From NCBI GenBank assembly GCA_045654645.1, contig JAZONR010000023.1:730-64729 (forward strand): DNA of 64,000 nt. Direction: 5' to 3'. Within the stretch, counting starts at the first letter, position 1. Each line of letters begins with the position of its first letter. The notes beneath the pieces are model-generated. The model had not been told where the DNA came from. It did no database searches and saw only the letters and a list, made by a program, of their open reading frames with translations. Shown one piece after another: positions 35,601 to 45,663 of the stretch. The translations under genes and the position numbers were made by a program. Source of the stretch: Bacteroidaceae bacterium (lineage in GTDB: Bacteria; Bacteroidota; Bacteroidia; Bacteroidales; Bacteroidaceae).

Positions 35601-37038
35601 GAAAGGCGCCATAACATTCGACAATGCAAGGGTGCACGACCGCAACGGCAACTATGGTATGCTATCGGGTACAATAAACCACAAGAACCTGAGCAACTGG
35701 ACCTGTCATCTCACTGCCAGGGCCGACAACCTGCTTGTTTATGACACCGAAGATTTTGGCAGCCTGCCGTTCTATGGAACAGCATACGGCATTGGCACTG
35801 CAAGCATAATCAGCGGCAACAACGGCTTTGAGCTGAAAGCAGATATGGCAACAGCCCCAAATTCGCGTTTCTACTACAACTCCAATGTAACAAGCGGAGC
35901 GCGCGACAACAGCTTTGTAACATTCACCGACAACAGCAAGGCAAGAAAAAGCCCTTCAACGCCCGTGAAGGACACCAATAAAACCTATAACACAACCGCG
36001 AGCAAGATGACGCTCGATTTTATGCTCGACATCAACGAAAACCTTGAACTGAAGATATATACCAACCTGCAGAATGATGACTACCTGATTCTCAACGGCA
36101 CAGGCCCGGTAAATGCAGTCTACAACGACCGCACCGGTTTCAATATGAAAGGCCGCCTCGACCTGACAAGAGGAGCATACAAGTTCACCATACAAGATAT
36201 CTTCCCGAAAACATTTGAAATAGCGAAGGGCGGTTCCATTGCACTCAATGGCGACCCATTCAAGGCACAACTTAATCTGCGTGCAAAATACCTTGTACCT
36301 TCGGCCTCGCTCAGCGACCTCACCACAGAAATAGCAAAACGCAAAAGCGTGAAGGTGAACTGCATTATGGATATCACCGGTAGCCTGCAATCGCCCGAGC
36401 TGAAATTCGACCTTGAGTTGCCCGAGGGAAGCGAGGAGGAGCGCGAGTTGCTCGCCAGCATAGCCAGCACTCCCGACCAGAAGAATATGCAGTTCATCTA
36501 TCTTCTTGGAGTGGGCAAATTCTACACCTTTGATGCCAGCAACGCCCAAGCAAGCGACGCCAACAGCTCTACAGCAGTGGAATCTCTCATCTCCAACACA
36601 ATATCGGGACAGATAAACAATATGCTCGGTAAAATCATAAACAATGGCAATTGGGACATATCGGGCAACATCTCCACCAGTGAACGCGGCTGGAACAGTA
36701 TGGAAATAGAGGGTATGTTGCGCGGCCGACTGCTAAACAACCGACTGCTCATCAACGGCAACCTCGGCTACCGCGAGAACCCCATTGCCAACAGAAACGT
36801 CATTGGCGATTTTGAGTTGCAATGGCTTCTTAGCCCCAAAGAGAATTGGAGCATAAAAGCCTATAGCAAGACCAATGACCGCTACTTCTCAAAAACCGAC
36901 CTCACCACGCAAGGCATAGGCACATCAATACGTTTCGACTTCAACCGTTGGAAATGGTGGGGAAACAAAAAGAAAGAGAAGAGCCTGCACAAAAAGGCAG
37001 AAAAGGCACAAGAGAAGAGTACTGAAGAGAAGAAATAA
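32668..37038 (+). CDS. tamB: Translocation and assembly module protein TamB (AsmA-like); true start probably upstream at a non-canonical codon
   Basis: 1456 aa, a very long beta-rich protein with a DUF490-like C-terminal region. The N-terminal anchor ISGIIALTAATLLVLLGTL is encoded from 32629, which is upstream of the first canonical start (GTG 32668). Confidence 0.8.
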   Translation: MLLGTLRTNAVQHHIANCITTEINDRYDIPASVGKVEIFSINEIALKDVLLLDLNGDTVLHTDEARAHLDTRQLFNGKIRINTASLASPRIKLNRETPDSALNIQYLLDIFNNGEKKESKVDLRLNQLTVYEGKFTYDILNTAPDSPLFNPNHIAIDDLGCNISLKRLDKEGFDLFIRSISGEERCGLRLQQLRVRARMENNTLSLAGMDAETSVSNLHAEEITIDLNNGIENWSAKGAVLCERFSPADLAPFVALPPIEIPDITFTIDGFCNADSLDATLATRTHNSSLTFKGKATLTSPFTKKREGCIRIYECTTSAPFIEKALATTGSPNSIAPLLGSTSVTGELNLKKDTIDASATIRCLSGNLDASGRMTPDGQYSLQAACSNIKLGNITGIAGLEGCNIVANANGNIHNEENLANINGEITELTYNHYTYAPIAFSGLYANKEFKASLETNDSNANIKASARYTPANNTFRVTAKADSVRPYNLALTTEDKEQSYSFSLNGEHIGYSKGKKIVNLKIDNFKLTDKSDSTFIRNLYISDNNTGDERLFVFTSDFARASIYGQFEFPDIVQSLKNAVRRHIPALADAKSRRWKKTYNNFYYDANITNSKALTHILGLPFTINEPSYIKGAFNDEGNNHTIDASINNISLSGKPIRSIGISGKSNEKYFDFNAQIQRPTGNKSKKIDDNNIANDIVIRLNANIADNKIRSIVDLNDFKREQELRGMVRIDADLSKNDDERLKLNAKIFKDSILHKNDVWHISEGEVSGNLDKLTAKNISLYSKSQSLLIEGDIGRTQEDSLKVYTKGLNLGTIFDLINFRILEFDGKATGTAYVTGILSSPNAAGRFNVEDFRIDGGSMGRADVFAGWDNNKKSILLDIDLYNEKDIRSNVSGFLSQANDTITLMIDANEINIAFLNHKLKTFVVDSRGTGTGKVHLHGSWRAVDFDGAVAMHCSTKVKATNVRYHFMGDSIKFSKGAITFDNARVHDRNGNYGMLSGTINHKNLSNWTCHLTARADNLLVYDTEDFGSLPFYGTAYGIGTASIISGNNGFELKADMATAPNSRFYYNSNVTSGARDNSFVTFTDNSKARKSPSTPVKDTNKTYNTTASKMTLDFMLDINENLELKIYTNLQNDDYLILNGTGPVNAVYNDRTGFNMKGRLDLTRGAYKFTIQDIFPKTFEIAKGGSIALNGDPFKAQLNLRAKYLVPSASLSDLTTEIAKRKSVKVNCIMDITGSLQSPELKFDLELPEGSEEERELLASIASTPDQKNMQFIYLLGVGKFYTFDASNAQASDANSSTAVESLISNTISGQINNMLGKIINNGNWDISGNISTSERGWNSMEIEGMLRGRLLNNRLLINGNLGYRENPIANRNVIGDFELQWLLSPKENWSIKAYSKTNDRYFSKTDLTTQGIGTSIRFDFNRWKWWGNKKKEKSLHKKAEKAQEKSTEEKK

Positions 37039-37064
37039 TATTTACCTTATTAATAATATATAGA

Positions 37065-38021
37065 ATGAGACACTTCACATCCGTAAAAGATATAACAGAC
37101 CTGAAAAGCGCGCTCAATGAAGCCTTTGAAATAAAAAACGACCGTTACAAATATTGCGAACTGGGCAAGAACAAAACCCTTATGATGGTGTTCTTCAATT
37201 CAAGTTTGCGCACAAGGCTCAGCACACAAAAAGCAGCCCTCAACCTTGGAATGAATGTTATTGTACTCGACATTAACCAAGGAGCGTGGAAACTGGAGAC
37301 CGAGCGCGGCGTAATTATGGATGGAGACAAACCCGAACACATACTCGAAGCAATACCGGTGATGGGCAGCTACTGCGATGTCATTGGCGTGCGCTCATTT
37401 GCACGTTTCGAAAGCAAGGCCGATGACTACAACGAAGTTATCCTAAACCAATTCATAGAGCACTCGGGCCGCCCGGTCTTCTCTATGGAAGCTGCCACAC
37501 GCCACCCTCTGCAAAGCTTTGCCGACCTCATAACCATTGAGGAGCATAAAACAACTGCTCGCCCCAAGGTTGTGCTCACTTGGGCACCCCACCCTAAAGC
37601 CCTGCCACAGGCTGTACCCAACTCCTTTGCAGAGTGGATGAACGCCACAGACTACGAATTTGTGATAACCCACCCCAAGGGCTATGAACTTGCACCGGAA
37701 TTTGTGGGCAACGCACGTGTAGAGTATGACCAGATGAAAGCTTTTGAAGGCGCCGATTTCATCTATGCCAAGAACTGGGCCGCATACGATGGCGAGAATT
37801 ATGGCAAGGTGTTGAGCACAGACCGCAGTTGGACAGTAAGCGAGCGTCAAATGGCTGTAACCAACAATGCGCACTTTATGCATTGCCTGCCCGTGCGCCG
37901 CAATATGATTGTTACAGACGAAGTCATTGAAAGCCCACGCTCACTTGTAATTCCTGAGGCTGCCAACCGTGAAATTTCGGCAACTGTAGTACTTAAAAGA
38001 ATACTTGAAGGGCTGAAATAA
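37065..38021 (+). CDS. argF: N-succinyl-L-ornithine carbamoyltransferase (Bacteroides ArgF' type)
   Basis: 318 aa with SLRTRLS, HPLQSFADL and HCLP motifs. The start MRHFTSVKD resembles AOTCase/SOTCase. Pro is at residue 90 (GDKPEH), the position I recall as the succinyl-specificity determinant. Confidence 0.8.
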   Translation: MRHFTSVKDITDLKSALNEAFEIKNDRYKYCELGKNKTLMMVFFNSSLRTRLSTQKAALNLGMNVIVLDINQGAWKLETERGVIMDGDKPEHILEAIPVMGSYCDVIGVRSFARFESKADDYNEVILNQFIEHSGRPVFSMEAATRHPLQSFADLITIEEHKTTARPKVVLTWAPHPKALPQAVPNSFAEWMNATDYEFVITHPKGYELAPEFVGNARVEYDQMKAFEGADFIYAKNWAAYDGENYGKVLSTDRSWTVSERQMAVTNNAHFMHCLPVRRNMIVTDEVIESPRSLVIPEAANREISATVVLKRILEGLK

Positions 38022-38036
38022 AACAAATCACAATGC

Positions 38037-38061
38037 AACGCCCCAAAAGTTTTGGGGCGTT
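38037..38061. terminator. Hairpin terminator after argF'
   Basis: aacgccccaaaa / ttttggggcgtt is a perfect palindromic hairpin 16 nt after the stop. Confidence 0.8.
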
Positions 38062-38197
38062 ACATTATTGAGAGGTTGTATAAAAAAGCTGTTTTTACAA
38101 AGCCCGAAAAATCAGTTTACTAAACGTAAACGAGCATTTTGAGGGCGAGCGTAACAATAAAATGACTTTTTAGAGTCGGCCTTCTCCTTATTATCAT

Positions 38198-39478
38198 CTA
38201 CTTGCAGAAAGGTTTGTCATCGCCCCAGCACTGTTGCATCCAGGCTTTGCTCTTTGCCTCAACAGGATTATCTTGCGGCAGCCAGAATGAGAAGTGCTCT
38301 GCCCCATCGGGCAAGAACTGCTGTTTGACAAAATGCCCGGGATAGTCGTGTGAGTATTTATATCCGTCGGCATAACCCAAATCGGCCATAAGCTTGGTTG
38401 GTGCATTGCGCAGATGAAGCGGAACCGGCAAATTCCCCGTCTCGCGCACAGTTTGCAGAGCCTTATTTATGCCCATATATGCCGAATTGCTTTTTGGCGA
38501 GGTAGCAAGATAGACCACCGCCTCGGCAAGCGGAATACGCCCTTCGGGCCATCCTATTTTTGTAACCGCATCAAACGCAGCATTGGCGAGCAGCAAGGCA
38601 TTGGGATTGGCAAGACCCACATCCTCGGCCGCAGAGATGACAATGCGGCGGGCAATGAAAGCAGGGTCCTCACCACCCTCAATCATACGTGCCATCCAAT
38701 AGAGGGCCGCATCGGGGTCGCTGCCACGTATCGACTTTATGAATGCCGAAATTATATCATAGTGCATCTCGCCATCCTTGTCATAGGCTGCCGGATTTTG
38801 TTGAAGAGCCCCCACCACCTTGTCATCGGTGATGACGACAGGCGACTGTGAGTCGCTCTCCACAACGAGCTCAAGAATGTTCAGCAACTTGCGTGCATCG
38901 CCACCGCTGTAACGCATAAGAGCCGCTGTTTCACGAAGCTCAACACCACGTTCGCGCAACACATCATCGGCAGTAACGGCATAGTTGAGAAGCTGCATAA
39001 GGTCATCCTTCTCAAGCGACTTCAACACATAGAGCTGACAGCGTGAAAGCAACGGGCGTATAACCTCGAATGAAGGATTTTCCGTTGTAGCACCAATGAG
39101 GGTTACTGTACCTGTTTCCACCGCACTGAGCAGGGAATCCTGCTGCGATTTACTGAAACGATGAATCTCATCAATGAAAAGTATTGCACCACCGCGGGAG
39201 AAAAGGGGGGAATTGCGAGCTTTGTCTATAATCTCGCGCACCTCCTTAACACCTGCCGACACTGCATTGAGAGTGTAGAATGGGCGGTTGAGCTTATGGG
39301 CTATGATGCGGGCAATGGTTGTCTTGCCCGTTCCCGGAGGCCCCCACATTATAAACGAGAGAATACGCCCCGAATCTATCATACGACGGAGCACAGCACC
39401 CTCGCCAACGAGATGCTGTTGTCCTACATAATTTTCAAAAGAGGTGGGGCGCAGACGCTCCGCCAACGGTTGTGCCAT
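38198..39478 (-). CDS. rarA: Replication-associated recombination protein A (MgsA/RarA AAA+ ATPase)
   Basis: Begins MAQPLAERLRP. Walker A is GPPGTGKTT and Walker B is FIDEIHRF, with a MgsA_C-like tail. The start is set to ATG 39478; the ORF-track start 39487 is TTG. Confidence 0.9.
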   Translation of the reverse strand: MAQPLAERLRPTSFENYVGQQHLVGEGAVLRRMIDSGRILSFIMWGPPGTGKTTIARIIAHKLNRPFYTLNAVSAGVKEVREIIDKARNSPLFSRGGAILFIDEIHRFSKSQQDSLLSAVETGTVTLIGATTENPSFEVIRPLLSRCQLYVLKSLEKDDLMQLLNYAVTADDVLRERGVELRETAALMRYSGGDARKLLNILELVVESDSQSPVVITDDKVVGALQQNPAAYDKDGEMHYDIISAFIKSIRGSDPDAALYWMARMIEGGEDPAFIARRIVISAAEDVGLANPNALLLANAAFDAVTKIGWPEGRIPLAEAVVYLATSPKSNSAYMGINKALQTVRETGNLPVPLHLRNAPTKLMADLGYADGYKYSHDYPGHFVKQQFLPDGAEHFSFWLPQDNPVEAKSKAWMQQCWGDDKPFCK

Positions 39479-39565
39479 AATATACAAAATGCTTATAGGG
39501 TGAAGCGCCCCGCACCGGCAAGGCGCGAGGCTGCTTTCACATATTCATCAAAAGGATGGTTCTTA

Positions 39566-41227
39566 TCAGCTCAAGCCCACAATCTCACCATCAACAAAGT
39601 CGATGTGATTAGCCTGGGGGTCTTTTGGCAGACCGGGCATACGGATAATGTCGCCAGCAATGGCAACAATCATCTCGGCACCGGCATTGAGCACCACGTC
39701 GCGTATCTGAAGGTTGAAGCCCTTGACAGCACCATACTGCTTAGCATCGGCACTGAACGAGAACTGTGTCTTTGCAATACATACGGGGAACTTTGCCAAG
39801 CCATACTTCTCGGCCAACTTTATGCGATCGAGAGCAGGCTTTGCGAATGTAACCGAGGCTGCGCCATAGATATTCTTGGCAACTTTCTCAATCTTGGTCT
39901 GCACGCTATCCTCATCGTTATAGGTAAACTGCAAGGGCTGTGAAGGATTCTTCTCAATTGTATCAACAACAATCTGAGCCATCTCAACAGCACCCTCACC
40001 ACCCAGAGCAAAGGCATTGTTTATTACGAAAGGCAAGCCAAGCTCCTGCTCGCAGTGTGCCTGCAACAGTGCCATCTCCTCATCGGTGTCAGTGGCAAAG
40101 CGGTTGAACACCACAATAACCGACTGGCCAAAAGAGCGCAGATTGGCAACGTGGCGGTCAAGGTTGGCAAGACCGTTGCGCAAGCCCTCCATATCAGGCT
40201 CCTTAATCTTGTCGAGCTCCACGCCGCCGTGCATCTTCAATCCCTGTGCTGTAGCAACAATCACTGTAGCATCGGGCTGCAAGCCACTCTTGCGACAAAG
40301 GATGTTGTAGAATTTCTCGGCTCCAAGGTCGGCTCCGAAGCCCGCCTCGGTGATGGTATACTCACTGTGGGCAAGAGCCATTTTGGTAGCAAGCTGAGAG
40401 TTGCAGCCGTGTGCAATATTTGCGAAGGGACCACCGTGTATAATGGCAGGAGTGTTCTCTGTTGTCTGCACCAAATTGGGCTGGATAGCATCCTTCAAAA
40501 GCACCATTATAGAACCCGCAACGCCAAGGTCCTTCACAGTGAAGGGCTCGCCTGCGTATGTGTAACCAAGCATTATATTCTCGATGCGACGACGCAAATC
40601 CTCCTCATCGCTTGCAAGACAGAGAATAGCCATAAGCTCAGATGCTGGAGTGATATCAAAGCCGGCCTGCTCTACAAGACCATTGGTGGCAGGCCCCACA
40701 CCGGTAATTATCTGACGCAACGAACGGTCGTTCACGTCAAGCACGCGACGCCACAAAATCTCCTTGAGGCCAAAGCCATCCTTGGCGTGCTGATAGAGAT
40801 AGTTATCGAGCAGAGCCGAAATCATATTGTGGGCCGATGTAATCGCGTGGAAATCGCCAGTGAAGTGCAAGTTGATTTTCTCCATAGGCAACACCTGGGC
40901 ATATCCGCCACCGGCTGCACCACCCTTCATTCCAAAGCAGGGACCAAGAGAGGGTTCGCGCAATGCCACAACGGCCTTCTTGCCAATTTTGTTAAGACCG
41001 AGCGCAAGGCCTATTGAAACGGTTGTCTTGCCAATTCCGGCTTTTGTAGCAGTGATGGCTGTAACAAGAATAAGCTTGCCTTTTTTCTCACCTATCAGGT
41101 TCAAAGGCAGCTTTGCAATATACTTGCCATAGTGTTCAAGGGCGTTGGCATCGATACCAATCTGCGCCGCTACATTCTCAATGCGCTCAAGTTTGGTTTC
41201 GTGAGCAATTTGGATGTCACTCTTCAT
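39566..41227 (-). CDS. fhs: Formate--tetrahydrofolate ligase
   Basis: 553 aa beginning MKSDIQIA. It contains TPAGIGKTT-like [36 protein letters not shown] and [11 protein letters not shown]. Confidence 0.95.
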   Translation of the reverse strand: MKSDIQIAHETKLERIENVAAQIGIDANALEHYGKYIAKLPLNLIGEKKGKLILVTAITATKAGIGKTTVSIGLALGLNKIGKKAVVALREPSLGPCFGMKGGAAGGGYAQVLPMEKINLHFTGDFHAITSAHNMISALLDNYLYQHAKDGFGLKEILWRRVLDVNDRSLRQIITGVGPATNGLVEQAGFDITPASELMAILCLASDEEDLRRRIENIMLGYTYAGEPFTVKDLGVAGSIMVLLKDAIQPNLVQTTENTPAIIHGGPFANIAHGCNSQLATKMALAHSEYTITEAGFGADLGAEKFYNILCRKSGLQPDATVIVATAQGLKMHGGVELDKIKEPDMEGLRNGLANLDRHVANLRSFGQSVIVVFNRFATDTDEEMALLQAHCEQELGLPFVINNAFALGGEGAVEMAQIVVDTIEKNPSQPLQFTYNDEDSVQTKIEKVAKNIYGAASVTFAKPALDRIKLAEKYGLAKFPVCIAKTQFSFSADAKQYGAVKGFNLQIRDVVLNAGAEMIVAIAGDIIRMPGLPKDPQANHIDFVDGEIVGLS

Positions 41228-41265
41228 AAAATATTATCTTTTAAAATGTTTTTTCTACAACAGTG

Positions 41266-41273
41266 CGAAGATA
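41266..41273 (-). promoter_or_regulatory. -7 promoter box TATCTTCG for fhs
   Basis: Exact octamer 39 nt upstream of ATG 41227. Confidence 0.45.
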
Positions 41274-41347
41274 CGAAAATAAATTGAAAAAACAGCCATT
41301 AGCACAAATTTAAGGAGCACAAAAACCAAGCATTACAAAAAAAAGGC

Positions 41348-41355
41348 TATTTTTG
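41348..41355 (+). promoter_or_regulatory. -7 promoter box TATTTTTG for the GT2 gene
   Basis: Exact TAnnTTTG 36 nt upstream of ATG 41391. Confidence 0.5.
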
Positions 41356-41390
41356 CGACGTTACTGTGTATAAAAACAAACACCGCCACT

Positions 41391-42275
41391 ATGTTATCGA
41401 TACTCATACCCACCAAAGACTACGATTGTCATCAGCTCATTGAAGAGCTGCAAAGGCAAGGCGAACTGCTTGGTGTGCCCTATGAGATTATAGTGGGGGA
41501 AGACGGCACATCGGCCCACAATCTGCAAAAAAACATTACCGCCGAGGAATTGCCTTGCTGCCGTCGCATAATAAGCCGGGAGAACATCGGGCGCGCCAAC
41601 ATACGCAACAGGCTTGCCATTGAGGCAAAGCAGCCCAATCTGCTCTTCATCGACAGCGATGCCATTGTTGAGAAGAGAGACTTCCTTGCCAGCTACATTG
41701 CCGCCCTGCACAACCATAAGGTAGTTTGTGGAGGGCTATACCACACAACCAAACTGAACGACCCGGCCTGCAGCCTGCGCTTCAAATATGAGCGGAAGGC
41801 CGACACCAAGCGCGATGCGGCAACGCGAAGTCTAAGACCATACGACAACTTCACCACCTTTAATTTTGCCATTTCCCGCGAGTTGTTTTTGTCAATATTT
41901 TTCAAGAAAGAGATAAAGCAATACGGCTACGAAGACGCACTTTTCGGCAAGGAGCTTGAGAGGCGCGGAGTTCCCGTAATTCACATCGAGAACAGATTGT
42001 TGCACAACGGATTAGAGAACAACGCCATATTCCTTGAAAAGACAATGCAGGCGCTAGGTACATTGGCGTCTATCGAGCAGTTAATTGGCACCACGCCACT
42101 GCTATCGACAGCAGCCAAGCTGCGCAAATGGCACGTTGCCTGCATTTATTTTCTGCTGTGGAGAGCACTGCGTCGCCCCATAACCCGCAATCTTTTGGGC
42201 AAGCACCCATCGCTGTTCCTCTTCAACATCTACAAATTGGGGTATTATCTTGCCATAAAGAGAGGGTTCCTATAA
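41391..42275 (+). CDS. Family-2 glycosyltransferase
   Basis: 294 aa with LSILIPTKDY...EIIVGEDGTS...FIDSD (DxD). Confidence 0.75.
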   Translation: MLSILIPTKDYDCHQLIEELQRQGELLGVPYEIIVGEDGTSAHNLQKNITAEELPCCRRIISRENIGRANIRNRLAIEAKQPNLLFIDSDAIVEKRDFLASYIAALHNHKVVCGGLYHTTKLNDPACSLRFKYERKADTKRDAATRSLRPYDNFTTFNFAISRELFLSIFFKKEIKQYGYEDALFGKELERRGVPVIHIENRLLHNGLENNAIFLEKTMQALGTLASIEQLIGTTPLLSTAAKLRKWHVACIYFLLWRALRRPITRNLLGKHPSLFLFNIYKLGYYLAIKRGFL

Positions 42276-42357
42276 CAACATAATCGCGCGCCATCCCATT
42301 GGCACCGCCACAAGCGCAATATTACGCCCAATATTTCGTAATTCCATTTTTTTGGAC

Positions 42358-42365
42358 TATTTTTG
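42358..42365 (+). promoter_or_regulatory. -7 promoter box TATTTTTG for glnS
   Basis: Exact TAnnTTTG 62 nt upstream of ATG 42427. Confidence 0.45.
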
Positions 42366-42426
42366 CATTTGCGTATTGTCAAAGACAATAATCCCAAGAT
42401 TACGAACATAAAAACACTATACAGCA

Positions 42427-44169
42427 ATGGCAGAAATCAACGAAACTGAAAAGAGCGAGAAAAAGAGCGTCAGTTTTATCGAACAGATAATAATAGGCGA
42501 CCTTGAGAAGGGCAAGAACGGAAGCAAAGTGCAGACACGTTTCCCACCCGAGCCCAATGGTTACCTTCACATAGGCCACGCCAAGGCTATATGTATGGAC
42601 TTTGGTATGGCAGAAAAGTACAACGGAATATGCAACCTGCGTTTTGACGACACAAACCCCACCAAGGAGGATGTGGAGTATGTAGACGCCATAATGGAAG
42701 ATATCAAATGGCTTGGTTTCAATTGGGCCAACGTCTACTACGCATCGGACTACTTTGACCAGTTGTGGGATTTCGCCATCAAGCTCATCAAGGAGGGCAA
42801 AGCCTACATCGACGAGCAGACAGCAGAACAGATTGCCGAGCAGAAAGGCACCCCCACACAGCCCGGCACAGACAGCCCCTATCGCAACCGCCCCGTTGAG
42901 GAGAGCCTGGAACTGTTCCAAAAGATGAACACCGGCGAAATTGAGGAGGGCCGTATGGTGCTCCGCGCCAAGATAGATATGGCAAGCCCCAATATGCATT
43001 TCCGCGACCCCATCATATACCGCGTTGTAAAGGCTGCCCACCATCGCACCGGCGAAAAGTGGAAAGCATATCCGATGTATGACTTCGCACACGGACAGAG
43101 CGACTATTTCGAGGGCGTTACACACTCGCTTTGCACACTTGAGTTCGTGCCTCACCGCCCCCTCTATGACCTGTTCGTAGACTGGGTAAAGGATGGCAAG
43201 GACCTCGATGACAACCGTCCACGCCAGTATGAATTCAACAAGCTCAATTTGAACTACACCCTTATGAGCAAGCGCAACCTCCTGATTCTTGTGAAGGAGG
43301 GCTTGGTAAACGGCTGGGATGACCCCCGTATGCCAACAATCTGTGGTTTCCGCCGTCGCGGCTACTCACCCGAATCAATAAGGAATTTTGTTGATAAGAT
43401 TGGCTACACCACCTATGATGCGCTCAACGACTTTGCACTGCTTGAGAGCGCCGTGCGCGAGGACCTGAACAGCCGCGCCACACGTGTATCGGCAGTAATC
43501 AACCCCGTGAAGCTCACCATAACAAACTACCCGGCCGACAAAACCGAGGCTTTGACAGCAATAAACAACCCCGAGCGTCCCGAGGACGGCACACACACCA
43601 TAGAATTCTGCAACGAGCTGTGGATTGAGCGCGACGACTTTATGGAGGACGCACCCAAGAACTACTACCGTCTGACACCGGGCCGCGAAGTGCGCTTGAA
43701 GAATGCCTACATTGTTTTGTGCACCGGTTGCAACAAGGACGAGAACGGAAATGTTACCGAGGTGCTTTGCGAATATATCCCCGAGACAAAGACCGGCGAG
43801 GCCGACGCTAACCGCAAGGTCAAGAGCACAATCCACTGGGTGAGCCGCCGCCACTGCGTCGATGCAGAAGTGCGTCTCTATGACCGTCTTTGGCGTGCCG
43901 AGAACCCACGAGACGAAATGGCTGCCATCCGCGAGGCAAAAGGCTGCGATGCACTTGAGGCTATGAAGGAGATGATTAACCCCGACTCACTCAACATTCT
44001 CAAGGGTTGCAAGGTTGAGAAATACCTGACAGAGCGCAAGCCGCTCGACTACCTGCAGTTCCAGCGCATCGGCTACTTCAACATCGACCCGGATTCAACA
44101 CCCGAGCAGTTGATTTTCAACCGCACAGTGTCGCTCAAAGACACTTGGAACAAGATAAAGAACAAGTAA
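42427..44169 (+). CDS. glnS: Glutamine--tRNA ligase
   Basis: 580 aa with FPPEPNGYLHIGHAKA (HIGH) and LMSKR (KMSKS). The C-terminal anticodon-binding beta-barrels are typical of GlnRS. Confidence 0.9.
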   Translation: MAEINETEKSEKKSVSFIEQIIIGDLEKGKNGSKVQTRFPPEPNGYLHIGHAKAICMDFGMAEKYNGICNLRFDDTNPTKEDVEYVDAIMEDIKWLGFNWANVYYASDYFDQLWDFAIKLIKEGKAYIDEQTAEQIAEQKGTPTQPGTDSPYRNRPVEESLELFQKMNTGEIEEGRMVLRAKIDMASPNMHFRDPIIYRVVKAAHHRTGEKWKAYPMYDFAHGQSDYFEGVTHSLCTLEFVPHRPLYDLFVDWVKDGKDLDDNRPRQYEFNKLNLNYTLMSKRNLLILVKEGLVNGWDDPRMPTICGFRRRGYSPESIRNFVDKIGYTTYDALNDFALLESAVREDLNSRATRVSAVINPVKLTITNYPADKTEALTAINNPERPEDGTHTIEFCNELWIERDDFMEDAPKNYYRLTPGREVRLKNAYIVLCTGCNKDENGNVTEVLCEYIPETKTGEADANRKVKSTIHWVSRRHCVDAEVRLYDRLWRAENPRDEMAAIREAKGCDALEAMKEMINPDSLNILKGCKVEKYLTERKPLDYLQFQRIGYFNIDPDSTPEQLIFNRTVSLKDTWNKIKNK

Positions 44170-44186
44170 CACAACAAACGAAAAGG

Positions 44187-45620
44187 ATGAACTACGACAA
44201 AGGCTTCTTCGACTCTCCCGAATTTCGCGAACTGCTTGCACGCTATGAGCAGTCGCGCAGATTGGGAATGAGCGCATACTTCGGCATCGATGAGTTTGCC
44301 GACCTTATATCGTACTTCCTTTTCATTGACAACCGCGACGAGGCAATGCAGGCGCTCGAAACATCGAAGCGTCTGCACCCCTCGGCCCCGGAGAATATAA
44401 AGCTCGAAATCAAGGTGTTGCTATGCTATGGCGAGCCCACGCAGGCCCTAAAGCTCTTCAACAGCCTGAAATATACCGAGGATATCGAGAGTAAGACAAT
44501 AAAGGCCGAAATAATGCTTGCATTAAAAGACTTTAAGCAGGCACGCGAACTTGCAATGTCGATATTGCAGGCATCACACCCCGAGGATGACTGCGTCTAT
44601 GACGCACTGGAGGTGCTGCTCGACTGCGGCTTTGCACTCGACGCACTTGCCATTTGCGAAAAGGCACTCAAGGCAGCCCCCGGACGCAGCAACCTGCTTG
44701 AAGTGAAGGGAGAATGTCTCATTGAGCTGCAACGCATAAACGAGGCTGTTGAAATATATAATCGCCTGCTCGACACCTCACCCTACTCCACCTTCTATTG
44801 GGAGCAGTTGGGACACATATATTATATGGTAAAAAGGTTTGGCAAAGCACTCGAGTGCTTTGAGTTTGAACTGACCATCAACGAGGAGATTGAGTATGCG
44901 GCAATGATGCAGGCCTACTGCTACTACCACCTACGCAACTATGAAAAGGCAAAGGAGATTTTCATAACCTTTGCCAACAAATACGAAAAATCGGTTATTC
45001 CTTTCTTTTACATAGGTCTCATAAACCATCATCAGGGAAAGACCGCCGAGGCTATTGCAGCGTTTGCCGTATGTATAAGCCGTGCCCAGGAAGGCACAAT
45101 AGAGATGATGCTCTCGAGGATAAACAGGGCAATGCTGCTCGACAGTATTGGAAATGAAGAGCGCGCCGATGAGGGAATGTCAATGGCACTGCTTATGCAC
45201 CCCGACAATATGAAACAGCTGGTGCTAACCGGCAAGCACCTCTATGAACTGCGCGACAAGGAAAATCTCACATTCGATGATATGAACACACTCGAGTCAA
45301 AAGAGTGGAACACAGAGGACACGCTCTACAAACTGGGAGCGCACCTTGTAAAGCACAACCATTTGGCAATGGCCAAGAGAGTGTTCAAATATTGCCGCGA
45401 CATCAGCTATGACCCCTCCGACATTGACGCACACATAGCCTACATACTGTGGAACAGCGACCGAAGAGAGGAAGCCGCCACTGCAATAGAAAACGCCCTT
45501 GAGGGACGCTCTTGCGTGCTGTTCGACCTGTTCAACCTCCCCTACAGCGCCAATATGGACACCGCCTCGTTCATAGAGGCAGCGCAAAAAAAGGGCGAAG
45601 CCAATGGCAACGCCCAATAA
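44187..45620 (+). CDS. Tetratricopeptide-repeat protein, unknown function
   Basis: 477 aa from ATG 44187 (MNYDKGFFDSPEFRELLARYEQ), which is 17 nt after the glnS stop. It has multiple TPR-like helical repeats. Confidence 0.65.
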   Translation: MNYDKGFFDSPEFRELLARYEQSRRLGMSAYFGIDEFADLISYFLFIDNRDEAMQALETSKRLHPSAPENIKLEIKVLLCYGEPTQALKLFNSLKYTEDIESKTIKAEIMLALKDFKQARELAMSILQASHPEDDCVYDALEVLLDCGFALDALAICEKALKAAPGRSNLLEVKGECLIELQRINEAVEIYNRLLDTSPYSTFYWEQLGHIYYMVKRFGKALECFEFELTINEEIEYAAMMQAYCYYHLRNYEKAKEIFITFANKYEKSVIPFFYIGLINHHQGKTAEAIAAFAVCISRAQEGTIEMMLSRINRAMLLDSIGNEERADEGMSMALLMHPDNMKQLVLTGKHLYELRDKENLTFDDMNTLESKEWNTEDTLYKLGAHLVKHNHLAMAKRVFKYCRDISYDPSDIDAHIAYILWNSDRREEAATAIENALEGRSCVLFDLFNLPYSANMDTASFIEAAQKKGEANGNAQ

Positions 45621-45663
45621 TCCGTATTCAAAGGCACAGCCCCCGGCTGCAGCCCCTATATAA

